Positions 9,896 through 20,527 of a stretch of 64,000 nucleotides of DNA are shown piece after piece (position 1 is the first letter of the stretch; each line of letters starts with the position of its first letter). The notes beneath the pieces were generated by a model. The model had not been told where the DNA came from, did no database searches, and worked only from the letters and a program-made list of their open reading frames with translations. The stretch comes from an uncultured Gammaproteobacteria bacterium. GTDB lineage: Bacteria; Pseudomonadota; Gammaproteobacteria; UBA9214. The position numbers were made by a program, and so were the translations under genes. The stretch covers positions 1 to 64,000 of the forward strand of contig CAWHCQ010000028.1 in NCBI GenBank assembly GCA_963827755.1. Reading direction: 5' to 3'.

Positions 9896-10709
9896 ATGTC
9901 CACTGTCATGCACTCAAAACCCCACGGCCTCGACGACCCGCTGGTCATCGCCGGCGTTGAATACGCCTCCCGCCTGCTGGTGGGTACCGGCAAGTACCGG
10001 GATATGGATGAAACCCGCGAGGCGACCCTGGCCAGTGGCGCCGAAATCGTCACCGTCGCCATCCGCCGCACCAATATCGGCCAGAATCCGGGTGAGCCCA
10101 ACCTGCTGGACGTGATCTCCCCTGACCGCTACACCCTGCTGCCGAACACCGCCGGTTGTTATACCGCCGAGGACGCAATACGCACCTGCCGCCTGGCACG
10201 CGAACTGCTGGACGGCCACGACCTGGTGAAGCTGGAGGTGCTCGGTGACGAGAAGACCCTGTTTCCGGATATCACCCAGACCCTGCAAGCCACCGAAACA
10301 CTGGTCAGGGAGGGCTTCAAGATCATGGTCTACACCAATGACGACCCGATCATCGCCCGGCGCTTCGAGGAAATGGGTTGCGTGGCCGTCATGCCGCTGG
10401 CCGCGCCGATTGGATCCGGCCTCGGCATCCGCAATCCCTACAACATCCTCACCATCGTCGAGAACGCCACGGTACCGATCCTGGTCGATGCCGGCGTGGG
10501 TACCGCCTCGGATGCCGCCATAGCCATGGAACTGGGCTGTGACGGGATCCTGATGAACACCGCCATCGCCGGCGCACAAGAACCCGGTGCTGATGGCCTC
10601 GGCCATGAAAAAGGCCGTGGAGGCCGGGCGCGAGGCATTCAGGGCCGGGCGCATTCCGCGCAAGCGCTTTGCAAGTGCGTCATCGCCGATCGATGGTACG
10701 TTTTTTTAG
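9896..10709 (+). CDS. thiG: Thiazole synthase; +1 frameshift near 10579
   Basis: [22 protein letters not shown] and VDAGVG motifs. The native C-terminus [17 protein letters not shown]...ASASSP appears in the shifted frame, with stop at 10707-10709. Confidence 0.92.
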
Positions 10710-10726
10710 AAAAGCATCTCGCCTTG

Positions 10727-12050
10727 TTACAAATCAGCCGGCAGCGCATCCATATTCCGCAGATGTACATCGCGCTGCGGAAACGGAATGGTAATACCCG
10801 CTTCCTTGAAGCCGCGCCAGATGGCCAGGTTGATAAGCGAGCGAACGCTGCCGATACCTTCCTCCGGATCGGTCAGCCAGACGCGCAATTCCAGGGCGAT
10901 GCCACTGTCGGCGAATTCCATCAGGTTTACGGTCGGCTCCGGCATTTTTAATACCCGGGGACTCACTGGTCGCCGACTTTAGCATGATGGCCATCGCCTC
11001 TTCCGGATCGTCCTTGTAACTGATCTGTACCGGGACGCGCACCCGTACCCGCCTGTCACTGTAACTCCAGTTGATCACTTCGGTTGTCACCAGGTTTTCA
11101 TTCGGGATCAGCGTTTCCACGCCATCGCGGTTGCGCACAACGATGTAGCGGGCCTTCAACTGCTTCACCCAGCCATAGGTTGTCCCCACGCTGATCACGT
11201 CCCCGGGCCGAATGGAACGGTCACCGAGCAGGATAAAACCGCTGATAAAGTTGCTGACGATTTTCTGCAGGCCAAAACCGAGGCCGACACCCAGTGCTCC
11301 GCCAAATACCGCCAGGGAGGACAGATTCAGACCGGCCTCGGTCAGCGCCAGCATCACCGCGACAAACAGCAGGACCACCCTGGAAATCTTGGCAAGGCCG
11401 ACCTGCATACTGATATTGATATGCTGTGATTTTTTCAGGCGCTGCTCGAGGAACCCGGAGAGCCACAGGGCCAGCAACAGATAAATGGCACACAAGACGA
11501 CAAATTTGACCAGCATTAACAGCGAGAACCGGGTGTCGCCTGCCGTGAATGCCAATTGCTCCATGAAGGCCTCGATCGCGGGCTTCCAGCCCACCAGGTG
11601 CACGGCAACGACCGCCCAGATGCTGGTACTGATGACCTTCTCCCAGGCCTTGAGGGCCGGGCCCGGGGCAATACCCACGCGCAGCGAGTAGACAATCATG
11701 CGAATTGCGGCAAGGGCAAGCAGGAGTTGTATGAAGATATCCAGCAAGGGTGTCTCGAAACCGGCAGCCTGGAATCCAAGCCGGCCCAGCAGCACGGCAA
11801 ACAGACCGCTCAGTGGAAGGGCAAGCCGCTGACCGGCATTCAGTATCAGCTTGCGAAAAACCGAAAGATTCTCACGAAGCAGACGCTTGCTCAGCGCCTT
11901 CTGGGAATAGCGGTGTATAAAAAAAGCGACAATGGCGGCAACCCCCAGCAACAACACCTTGAGCACAATGACTGTTGTACCCTGGGCAATGAATGCGTCC
12001 CACATATCCATCGAAAATGCGCCGAATGACTCCATAAGCCTGCTCCGCAT
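10727..12050 (-). CDS. Small-conductance mechanosensitive channel (MscS family); +1 frameshift near 10968
   Basis: [21 protein letters not shown] and IPNENL...VINWS; C-terminus [12 protein letters not shown] in ORF 10727..10966. Confidence 0.88.
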
Positions 12051-12261
12051 GCAGCTACTGTTTAACTGATACCGTAATACTACCCGTTGAGGTCCCGATC
12101 CACTGAATTTTTCTTGTCATTGCGCGCGCAGCGCGGCAATCTCGTAATGTTGAATATAAAATACGGAGGTTAGAGCGTCACATCGCATCCCGCTTTGACG
12201 AATGAAGCGGTGACCCCACCGAATCGAACAACGACCGGCATACGCTTCCCGACACTTGAAG

Positions 12262-12954
12262 ATGACCACAAACAACATGTCACATCCACCCAGGGAAATC
12301 CGCTCATTTGTTCGCCGGGAAGGCCGCATTACCCCCGGACAGAAACGCGCACTGCAACAACTCTGGCCGCGCTACGGACTGGAACCCGGCCAGCGGATCG
12401 ACCCGGTCGGGATTTTCAGGCGCCGGGCACCACTCACCCTTGAAATCGGCTTTGGTAACGGCGAATCCCTGGCAGACATGGCCGCCCGGGAACCGGGAAC
12501 GGATTTTATCGGAATCGAGGTACACCGCCCGGGAGTCGGGCACCTGCTACAGGCACTCGACGGGCAGGCACTGAACAACGTCCGCGTGTTTAATGAGGAT
12601 GCAATAAAAGTGCTCAGAGACTCCCTGCCCGATGGCTGCCTTGACCGGCTGCTGTTGTTTTTTCCCGACCCCTGGCACAAGAAGCGCCATCACAAGCGGC
12701 GCATCGTGCAGCCGGCCTTTGTCGAGCTGGTTGCCGGCAAGCTGAAACCCGGCGGCATTTTGCACATGGCAACCGACTGGGAAGACTATGCCGGGCACAT
12801 GCTGGAAGTGATGAACCGCTCAGCGGAATTCCGCAATTGCGCAACAGACGGGCAGTATTCAGAAAAACCCGACTACCGCCCGGTTACAAAATTCGAACGC
12901 CGCGGAAAGAAGCTCGGGCACGGGGTTTGGGACCTGCTGTTTGAGAGGAAGTGA
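12262..12954 (+). CDS. trmB: tRNA (guanine-N7)-methyltransferase
   Basis: RSFVRREGR, LEIGFGNG, FPDPWHKKRHHKRR and TKFERRG motifs; exact start uncertain. Confidence 0.95.
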   Translation: MTTNNMSHPPREIRSFVRREGRITPGQKRALQQLWPRYGLEPGQRIDPVGIFRRRAPLTLEIGFGNGESLADMAAREPGTDFIGIEVHRPGVGHLLQALDGQALNNVRVFNEDAIKVLRDSLPDGCLDRLLLFFPDPWHKKRHHKRRIVQPAFVELVAGKLKPGGILHMATDWEDYAGHMLEVMNRSAEFRNCATDGQYSEKPDYRPVTKFERRGKKLGHGVWDLLFERK

Positions 12955-13093
12955 GAAGAGGTAAGAAGTGAAGAGTGAGAAGTGAGAAGTGAGAAGTCAG
13001 AATCGTGGAAGCATCGTGCAGCAATAACCTTCGCCAGCTTTCCTGTGCTCTCTTCTCAGCTTTTACTTTTTACCGTTCACTTTTCACTTCTTA
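12948..13093. repeat. Inverted heptamer arrays, (GAAGTGA)n ... (TCACTTY)n
   Basis: 12948-13002 gaagtgagaag...gagaagtgagaagtgagaagtcag; 13050-13093 degenerate complement. The arrays overlap the stop codons of both flanking genes. Confidence 0.75.
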
Positions 13094-14870
13094 CCGCGTA
13101 ACCGCCTCGGCGTCGGCTTCGATCGGCTGCGGTACGCGCAACGGGCAGGTCTCGGCATGGTTGTCGCCAAGCCGGTTCCAGGCATAGTTGAATGCCTGGG
13201 TGCGTATCGCGAACATATGGTCGCGGCCCAGCTTGTCCATTAAATGGGTACGTTCAAAGGTATCCCACAACTGCTTCTTGGCGCGCGCAAATATCATTTC
13301 AACCCCGGCCTCCTTGAGGCGGTCAATCAGGTTACTGAGCATTTCCTCGCCGGTTGCATCAATCGAGTTGATGCCTTCTGCATCGATGATGACGAATTTC
13401 AGGTCCGGTTTGGATGCCACACGCTCGAGTATCTTGTCCTCGAAATAACCGGTATTTGCAAAATAGAGTGAACCATCAAAACGGATCAATGAAATATTCC
13501 TGCAGGTCTGCAGGTTGCGCACCTCGGCATCGCGCAGACTGCCGTCGGGATCACGTGAGAGCACGGCAACACGCGGCGCCATGGAGCGATACAGGAACAA
13601 CATCAGCGACAGGATCACGCCGACTGCAATCCCCTTGTCCAGGTGCGGCGCCCAGATAATCGTCAGGGCAAACGTGATAATGGCGACCGCGGCATCCTGG
13701 CGCTCCACCACCCAGGCATGCTTGATCGGCTCGATCTTTACCAGGTTGAACCACGGCCATGATGATGACCGATGCCAGTGTTGCCTGCGGCAGGTGATAC
13801 AGCAAGGGTGTCAACGCCAACAGGGTAATACCGACGACTGCGCCGGTGACAACCGCGGAGAAACCGGTCTTGGCACCGGCGCTGAAATTTACCGCCGAGC
13901 GTGAAAATGACCCGGATACCGCGTAACCCTGGGACAGGCTGGAAAATATATTGCCCAGACCCTGCCCGACCAGTTCCTGGTTGGCGTCGAGGCGTTGCCG
14001 GGTGCTGGTAGCCATGGCCTTGGCAATCGAAATGGCCTCCATAAAGCCGATAATCGAAATCGCGACCGTGGTACCCAGCAACTGGGTGATGATAGTGAAG
14101 TCGAGTTCCGGCATTGAGATGCTGGGCAGGCCTGCCGGAATGATGCCCACGACCCCGCCGCCCATTTGCTCGAAACCAATCCACCACGAGATCAACGTGG
14201 TCACGACAACCGCGGTCAACACTGCGGGCACCTTCGGCAGGAAGCGCTTGAGGACAATCATGATGCCCAGTGCCAGCACCGCCATCAGCATGGTTTCCAT
14301 GTGGGTATTGTGAAATGCCTCGATGACCGTGTTGTAGACCGTGATGTAAGTGTGATCAGCCCGCTCGACACTGACACCGAACAACTTGCCCAGCTGGGAT
14401 GTACCGATGATGATGGCTGCTGCGTTGGTAAAACCAACCACTACCGGATGCGAGAGGAAGTTCACCATCACACCGAGGCGCAATACTCCAAGGCCCACCT
14501 GGAAAACGCCGACCATCGCGGCGAGCATGACTGCATAGGCAATGTAAAGCTCCGGGTTGGCACCGGCGATCGGCTCCAGTGCGGAAGCCGTCATCAGCGA
14601 AACTACTGCAACCGGGCCGGTTGCCAGTTGCCGCGATGATCCGAACAGGGCGGCGATCATGCCGGGGAGAAACGCAGCATACAGGCCGTAGTAAGGCGGC
14701 AGACCGGCCAGCTGGGCATAGGCCATGGACTGCGGGACCAGTACGAGTGCAACCGTGATCCCGGCAATCAGGTCGGCACGCAAGACCTCGGGTTTCCTGA
14801 GTTCTCCAATCCAGGAACGGAATGGAATCAGTCGATTCTTCAAATAATCAAGGCCAATCTTGGATTTCAT
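13091..14870 (-). CDS. SulP/SLC26 anion transporter with STAS domain; +1 frameshift near 13749
   Basis: DLIAGITVALVLVPQSMAYAQLAGLPP, GSSRQL and GSFSRSAVN; STAS domain (FDGSLYFAN...IDATG) in ORF 13091..13711. Confidence 0.9.
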
Positions 14871-15107
14871 GTATGCGTCCGACGAAGCTGGTCATTACCG
14901 CTGCCAGGCCAGCGGAGAGCCCATTGAAGTATATTCTAATTTTGACGGCAGGCAAAAATACCGGCCGCCTGATACATCAGGATTATGCATGCAAAAAATT
15001 AACTAATCTCTATGCAAGCATGACCCGTGATAAGATTCGCGGTTGACCCAAAGGATCAACAACCCAATCAGCTTGATATCTTTTTAACCCAGGGCGAGGA
15101 GCGTTCC

Positions 15108-15983
15108 ATGTCCAAGAAACACCCGATTATTGCGGTTACCGGTTCATCCGGTGCCGGCACCACTACCGTCAAGGTGGCCTTTGAACATATCTTCCTGCGT
15201 GAAGGCGTGAACCCTGTTGTGATCGAAGGCGACAGCTACCACCGCTATGACCGTGCCGCCATGAAAGTCGCCATGCAGGAGGCTGAAGCATCCGGCAACA
15301 CCCACTTCAGCCATTTCGGTGCCGAGGCGAACGTCTTCGACAAGCTGGAGGAGACCTTCAGGTCTTACAACAAAACCGGTGTCTGCGAGAGGCGTTACTA
15401 CCTGCACAGTGATGAAGAGGCCAAACCATTCGGCCAGAAGGCCGGTGAGTTCACGCCCTGGGAGAATGTGGGCAAGGGCACGGACCTGCTGTTCTACGAA
15501 GGCCTGCATGGCGGTATCGTGACTGACGATGCCGATGTCGCCGGCCAGGTCGATCTGCTGATAGGTGTTGTACCCATCGTCAACCTTGAATGGATCCAGA
15601 AAACTCACCGCGACTGCGAACAACGCGGTTATTCGGCCGAAGTGGTCACGGACACCATCCTGCGACGCATGCATGACTACGTGCACTACATCACCCCGCA
15701 GTTTTCACGCACCGACATCAATTTCCAGCGCGTCCCTACGGTTGATACATCCAATCCGTTCATTGCCAGGGATATCCCTACCCCGGATGAAAGTTTTGTG
15801 GTGATTCGTTTCAAGGACCCTAATAAATTCAATGTCGATTTTGCCTACCTGCTGAACATGCTGAAGGACTCTTTCATGTCGCGGCGCAATTCCATCGTCG
15901 TACCGGGCGGCAAGATGGGCTTCGCCATGGAAATCATCCTCGCACCGATCATCGAGCAAGTGCTGAAAAAACGTAAGGTCTGA
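15108..15983 (+). CDS. prkB: Phosphoribulokinase
   Basis: MSKKHPIIAVTGSSGAGTT, LFYEGLHG and FQRVPTVDTSNPF; AGGAG RBS. Confidence 0.95.
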   Translation: MSKKHPIIAVTGSSGAGTTTVKVAFEHIFLREGVNPVVIEGDSYHRYDRAAMKVAMQEAEASGNTHFSHFGAEANVFDKLEETFRSYNKTGVCERRYYLHSDEEAKPFGQKAGEFTPWENVGKGTDLLFYEGLHGGIVTDDADVAGQVDLLIGVVPIVNLEWIQKTHRDCEQRGYSAEVVTDTILRRMHDYVHYITPQFSRTDINFQRVPTVDTSNPFIARDIPTPDESFVVIRFKDPNKFNVDFAYLLNMLKDSFMSRRNSIVVPGGKMGFAMEIILAPIIEQVLKKRKV

Positions 15984-15997
15984 TCGACACCAGTACC

Positions 15998-16028
15998 TGC
16001 CGGGGCGGGCGGCAAACCCGCCCCGGCA
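15998..16028 (+). terminator. GC-rich hairpin after prk
   Basis: tgccggggcggg-cggcaaa-cccgccccggca; weak U-tail. Confidence 0.55.
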
Positions 16029-16180
16029 ATCCCCTTGCACCAGCCGTACTTGAGCGCCGCAGTCCCCTTGCACCTGCTGCGGCAGGACCCGCCACTGGCT
16101 TGCACCCCGGAAATTTTCTACTACACTTTCGAGGGTGTCGGAAAGAATTGTTTCAACACATCGCCCGATGTGGTGCATGT

Positions 16181-16435
16181 ATGTCAAAAATCGAAACCTA
16201 CCTGAAATCCTGTCCCGAACTTGCCCGGTTCTGTTCCAGCAGTGGCTGGATTGATAACGAAAGCCTGCGCTATACCGTCATCATGGAAAACAGCCGCGAA
16301 ATCGTGATCAACATTGAATTTGAAGAACTGCTGATGGAAGGCTCAGGCAGGCTTACCGGGCGAATACCCTGCTCTGGCCAGCTGCATCTTTTCCTGGATC
16401 AGCTTGGCCGTGTAGTCCGCACCGAGGTTCTCTAG
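16181..16435 (+). CDS. Small hypothetical protein
   Basis: MSKIETYLKSCPEL...; plausible coding composition. Confidence 0.55.
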   Translation: MSKIETYLKSCPELARFCSSSGWIDNESLRYTVIMENSREIVINIEFEELLMEGSGRLTGRIPCSGQLHLFLDQLGRVVRTEVL

Positions 16436-16475
16436 TATCCACCATGCTGATGACGCGGCGGGCCATTTTTTTATT

Positions 16476-16752
16476 TAATAGCCACAGAGTCACACGGAAA
16501 TACACGGAAAAAAGATCAATTACAGAAAAACCCTGATTTATTCCTTCTTCCTTTGAAGTCGCCGGCTAAATTTGGGAGCTATGATAAGTAGAACATCTTA
16601 ATAGCCACGGAATCCACGGAAGAACACGGAAAAATAAATACCTTGTTAGAAAGTTTTTTATTTTTTACTATTGAATTTTGTTGTTAATTTTTCCGTGTGC
16701 TTCCGTGGCTAAAGGTTTTTTAAATCTACCTTTGCGTATATTTCCATGACAA
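16476..16752. repeat. Nested MITE-like repeats (TAATAGCCACRGA..CACGGAA / TTCCGTG..TTCCGTGGCTA)
   Basis: Left-type ends at about 16476 and 16599; inverted right-type ends at about 16689-16711 and (degenerate) 16731-16752; AT-rich filler. Confidence 0.65.
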
Positions 16753-16782
16753 TAAGACTCACCAGGTTGAAACGCGACAAGA

Positions 16783-17313
16783 CTAGAAATAAATATAGCC
16801 TTCACCAACCAACCGGTCTATCTCGGCAGGACCCAGCGGGACCTGCTCGATAAATGCCGGAATATCATCACGCGGAATGCCCCTGGTCTGCATCATCGCC
16901 CGGCAAATCTTCACATCCACCACATCAAAGGCGTCCAGGCGCGCGGCCTGGTCGACAATGTCCTTGTACTTGTCATAATTGCTGATCGCAAAAAATTCAA
17001 CTTCCGGTCCGTGAAGCACGAGAACCACGCTTGCTGCCATACCCGGCGGTTGCGGTGCCATGGCCAGTCCTTCCGCGCGGTCGAGCAGTACCTTGAGCTC
17101 ATCGATCGTGTGTACGCTGATATCGAGTACTGCCTTTTTCGGCAGCGCTGCTTCCGGAAATACTTCCATCGTGGCCGGATCCGGTCCCTTTTCAACTGAA
17201 GCCCGGGCGCTCTCGGCGGTCTCGCCCGCCGGTTCCCGCCCTTGCTGGCCTGCATAAAACAGCAGCACCAGCAAGGATACTGCGATGATTAACAGAACGA
17301 ATATTTTCTGCAT
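16783..17313 (-). CDS. Membrane-anchored DsrE-like protein
   Basis: N-terminal TM segment; VLVLHGPEV, VKIC and VP.G..EI..L..EGYIYF motifs. Confidence 0.7.
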   Translation of the reverse strand: MQKIFVLLIIAVSLLVLLFYAGQQGREPAGETAESARASVEKGPDPATMEVFPEAALPKKAVLDISVHTIDELKVLLDRAEGLAMAPQPPGMAASVVLVLHGPEVEFFAISNYDKYKDIVDQAARLDAFDVVDVKICRAMMQTRGIPRDDIPAFIEQVPLGPAEIDRLVGEGYIYF

Positions 17314-17473
17314 GTATTGCCTGCCCGCATCCCGGTTCGATTTCAGGAATCAGACTCATTTTAGCCTGCAGACTGAATCAGTGTAAGCACTGTCCGTGGT
17401 ATTTTTTCATGTACAATTAGTACCCCGCAAATAAATCGAACCTTAAGAGTTCCTGTTTACCCTGACCGATAAC

Positions 17474-18547
17474 ATGAACACCCTGAAGACAGACGCAACA
17501 CATTTAACCCGCAACCGTTACATCGCCGGCTGGCTGTTGCTGTGCTGTTTAATGGTATTTGCCATGGTGGTACTGGGCGGAGTAACCCGCCTGACCGGGT
17601 CCGGGCTGTCGATGGTTGAATGGAACCCGATTTTTGGCCTGCTCCCACCGCTTGATCAGCAGGCGTGGCTTGAGGCATTTAATCTCTACAAGCAGTCGCC
17701 GGAATACCTGAAAATAAATATCGGCATGGACCTGGCCGGTTTCAAGAATATCTACTGGTTTGAATACGCGCACCGCGTGCTGGGTCGGGCCATCGGTACT
17801 GTCTTCCTGCTGCCCTTTCTGTATTTCCTCGCGCGGGGATGGATAAGCCGCTTCCTTGCTCCGAAACTGGTACTCATGTTTATTCTCGGGGGGCTGCAGG
17901 GGTTGCTTGGCTGGTACATGGTAAAAAGCGGCCTGGTTGATAATCCCCATGTCAGCCAATACCGCTTGACTGCCCACCTGGGCCTGGCGGTTATTATTTA
18001 TGCCTACATGTTCCGGGTCGCACTCGGCCTGTGGTATGAACCCCGCCATGCGCAAAGCGCGCCGGCTGTCCTGAGACGCTCAACTGCGCTGCTTGGCAGC
18101 CTTGTGTTCCTGACCATTCTTTCCGGTGGTCTTGTTGCGGGACTGAAAGCCGGCCTGGCCTATAATACTTTCCCGCTCATGGACGGCCACTGGATACCGC
18201 AGACCATCCTCGCAATTGAACCGCTATGGCGAAATTTCTTTGAGAATATTGCAACCGTGCAGTTTGATCACCGCGTGCTGGCAACCCTGGCATTTTTCGG
18301 ATCCATCAGCATCTGGCTGATTTCATTCAAACTTTCACTCATCAAACCGGCACGCATCGGGATGCACCTGTTGATGGCAACCGCCGCGTTGCAGGTCGCG
18401 CTTGGTATATCGACCCTGCTCTTGCACGTCCCCGTGGCGCTGGCGGCCACGCACCAGGCAGGGGCACTGCTGCTATTTACCGCCATACTGTTTCTGCATT
18501 ATCACCTGGCCCGGCACGACGAAAAAACGGCCGCAGTCGACGGATAA
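17474..18547 (+). CDS. ctaA: Heme A synthase (COX15/CtaA)
   Basis: GGVTRLTGSGLSMVEW, EYAHR, VSQYRLTAHL and QFDHR motifs. Confidence 0.93.
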   Translation: MNTLKTDATHLTRNRYIAGWLLLCCLMVFAMVVLGGVTRLTGSGLSMVEWNPIFGLLPPLDQQAWLEAFNLYKQSPEYLKINIGMDLAGFKNIYWFEYAHRVLGRAIGTVFLLPFLYFLARGWISRFLAPKLVLMFILGGLQGLLGWYMVKSGLVDNPHVSQYRLTAHLGLAVIIYAYMFRVALGLWYEPRHAQSAPAVLRRSTALLGSLVFLTILSGGLVAGLKAGLAYNTFPLMDGHWIPQTILAIEPLWRNFFENIATVQFDHRVLATLAFFGSISIWLISFKLSLIKPARIGMHLLMATAALQVALGISTLLLHVPVALAATHQAGALLLFTAILFLHYHLARHDEKTAAVDG

Positions 18548-18554
18548 TACCTGC

Positions 18555-18588
18555 AAAAAAAAGGGCTGCACCGGGGCAGCCCTTTTTT
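18555..18588. terminator. Bidirectional intrinsic terminator
   Basis: A8-GGGCTGC-accggg-GCAGCCC-T6 between convergent genes. Confidence 0.85.
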
Positions 18589-18605
18589 ATTGCAGATACT
18601 GAAGA

Positions 18606-18920
18606 CTACTTGCTTTGGCTAACCATATACTCGACGGCTGCCTTCAGGTCATCATTCGAACAACTCGCGCAGGCGCCCTTCGGTGGCATGATGCCCTTGC
18701 CATTGACCGCACTGGCCAGCATTGCATCCATCCCCGTGGCAATGCGCGGGGCCCACGCGGCCTTGTCACCCAGCTTGGGTGAGCCGGCTACACCGGACGC
18801 ATGACAGGACTGGCAACTATTCTTATACACCTGCTGTCCGGATGCGCCGCCGTCTGCCAGTACGGCACCACTCAGGCCCAGCAAAATACTTGCGCCGATT
18901 GCGCTGCTTAGTTTATTCAT
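18606..18920 (-). CDS. Cytochrome c5
   Basis: Signal peptide, CQSCH heme motif, AWAPRI and MPPKGAC..C. Confidence 0.9.
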   Translation of the reverse strand: MNKLSSAIGASILLGLSGAVLADGGASGQQVYKNSCQSCHASGVAGSPKLGDKAAWAPRIATGMDAMLASAVNGKGIMPPKGACASCSNDDLKAAVEYMVSQSK

Positions 18921-19071
18921 AATCAAGACTCCTCCTTAGACGGGAAAAAACCACTCGCTGCCTGATGGCCTCTACCAGGCAACGCTGAGACACAGTATAT
19001 TAAGAATAGTTAATATACTTCAACAAAAAAATCACTCGCCTATATAAATCAACAAGTTGCATAAGCAGTAT

Positions 19072-19515
19072 TCAGGAGCCAAGCAGTCGCTGCCACCAGC
19101 GGCGACGGTTGCCCGGCAATGGTGCGGCCCTGTTGAGATCGACCGGTGGCAGCTTCGAGAGTATCCAGCCGGGCAATGGCGGATTGTCACTGAAACCGCA
19201 CGAGACTCCCAGGTTGTCGGGGTCAAATATTTTTACAAATTGTGGCGTCTCCGTGGAATCCGCGTAAACAATGCCGCAAAAATCCTCGTCATGCTCCCTG
19301 CGCAGCAACTGGTCTATTTCCGATAAAAACGTTCTCAGCAACTCGCCACTGACCGGCCGGGATGGCGGTGTCTCGCCGACAGCATAGATATACCAGCCAC
19401 CTTCGGCATCCTGGCCCAGCACATCCCACAGCCTGTCCAGCTGCTCCCAGCGAAGTATGCTGTCAAAACGACCCTTGAAGGCCACCCTGAACGGATCTTT
19501 CTGTTCCTCATCCAT
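19072..19515 (-). CDS. Hypothetical protein
   Basis: 147-aa ORF with RBS and normal composition (FCGIVYAD...DPDNLGVSCG). Confidence 0.75.
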   Translation of the reverse strand: MDEEQKDPFRVAFKGRFDSILRWEQLDRLWDVLGQDAEGGWYIYAVGETPPSRPVSGELLRTFLSEIDQLLRREHDEDFCGIVYADSTETPQFVKIFDPDNLGVSCGFSDNPPLPGWILSKLPPVDLNRAAPLPGNRRRWWQRLLGS

Positions 19516-19610
19516 ATCAGTCCTGCTGATTAAAAGGCTGCAGTCAAAGTATAATACCGATAACCATCCGGATGAGATGTGTTTTAGCCTGCTGACATTA
19601 ATTGACTGAT

Positions 19611-20267
19611 ATGGATACAGATTTCTGGCTTGAACGGTGGGCGGAACAGCAGATCGGCTTCCACCAGGAAAGGATTAATCCCCACCTTGAACGCTTCTGG
19701 CCGATGCTTGAACCGGGAAGCGGCGGCCGGGTCTTCGTACCCCTGTGCGGTAAAAGCCATGACATGCGCTGGTTACTGGAACAGGGTTATCGCGTCGTTG
19801 GCTGCGAATTGAGTTCGCTGGCAGTGGAGGCCTTCTTCGCGGAAAACGGCCTGACTCCTGATATACAGCAGACACCACACTATGCGCGCTGGAAAGACGG
19901 CGACATTGAAATTTTATGCGGGGACTTTTTCAGCCTTGATCCGGCTGATGTCGGCGCAATCGACACATTCTATGACCGCGCCTCATTGATCGCACTTACC
20001 CCGACACAACGACCGCTCTATGCAAGACAGCTCGCACACCTGGTCGGCAAAGACACGGCGGGGCTGCTGATAACACTTGACTACAATCAACTCGAACTCA
20101 GCGGCCCCCCGTTTGCCGTTTCAGCAGCAGAAGTCGACAGGCTTTTCGGTGACGATTTTGAGATCAGGCAGGTTTTCTCATTCGATGCCCTGGAGGAAAA
20201 CCCGAAGTTCAGGGAAAAGGGCCTGACAGAACTCTCCGAACATGCCTACGTCCTGAAACGTCGCTGA
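19611..20267 (+). CDS. tpm: Thiopurine S-methyltransferase
   Basis: FWLERW...IGFH, RVFVPLCGKS, YDRASLIAL and GPPFAV motifs. Confidence 0.92.
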   Translation: MDTDFWLERWAEQQIGFHQERINPHLERFWPMLEPGSGGRVFVPLCGKSHDMRWLLEQGYRVVGCELSSLAVEAFFAENGLTPDIQQTPHYARWKDGDIEILCGDFFSLDPADVGAIDTFYDRASLIALTPTQRPLYARQLAHLVGKDTAGLLITLDYNQLELSGPPFAVSAAEVDRLFGDDFEIRQVFSFDALEENPKFREKGLTELSEHAYVLKRR

Positions 20268-20527
20268 CTCTCCCGTTTCTATCCCTGAAAATCCAGACTG
20301 GAAGTCATGGTGCACTGCCCGGCAGCGCACAAAAACAGGCGCGTGCAGTACATACGTCCATTTGAAGGCTAAATTTACAGAAACGCAGGCCGTTACAGTG
20401 CCAGTGATGACGGCAAAATACGGGACCACCTGGCAATTGACGACTGCAAGGGTTTGCAATCCGAATGATAGTGCCGTACTGCCTGGACAGGCAGCACTGT
20501 TCTGACAAGCCAGAGGAACAAGCAGCG

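Noticed and set aside
16476-16752. CACGGAA repeats as CRISPR or iterons
   Set aside because: Irregular spacing and inverted orientation; no cas or rep gene nearby.
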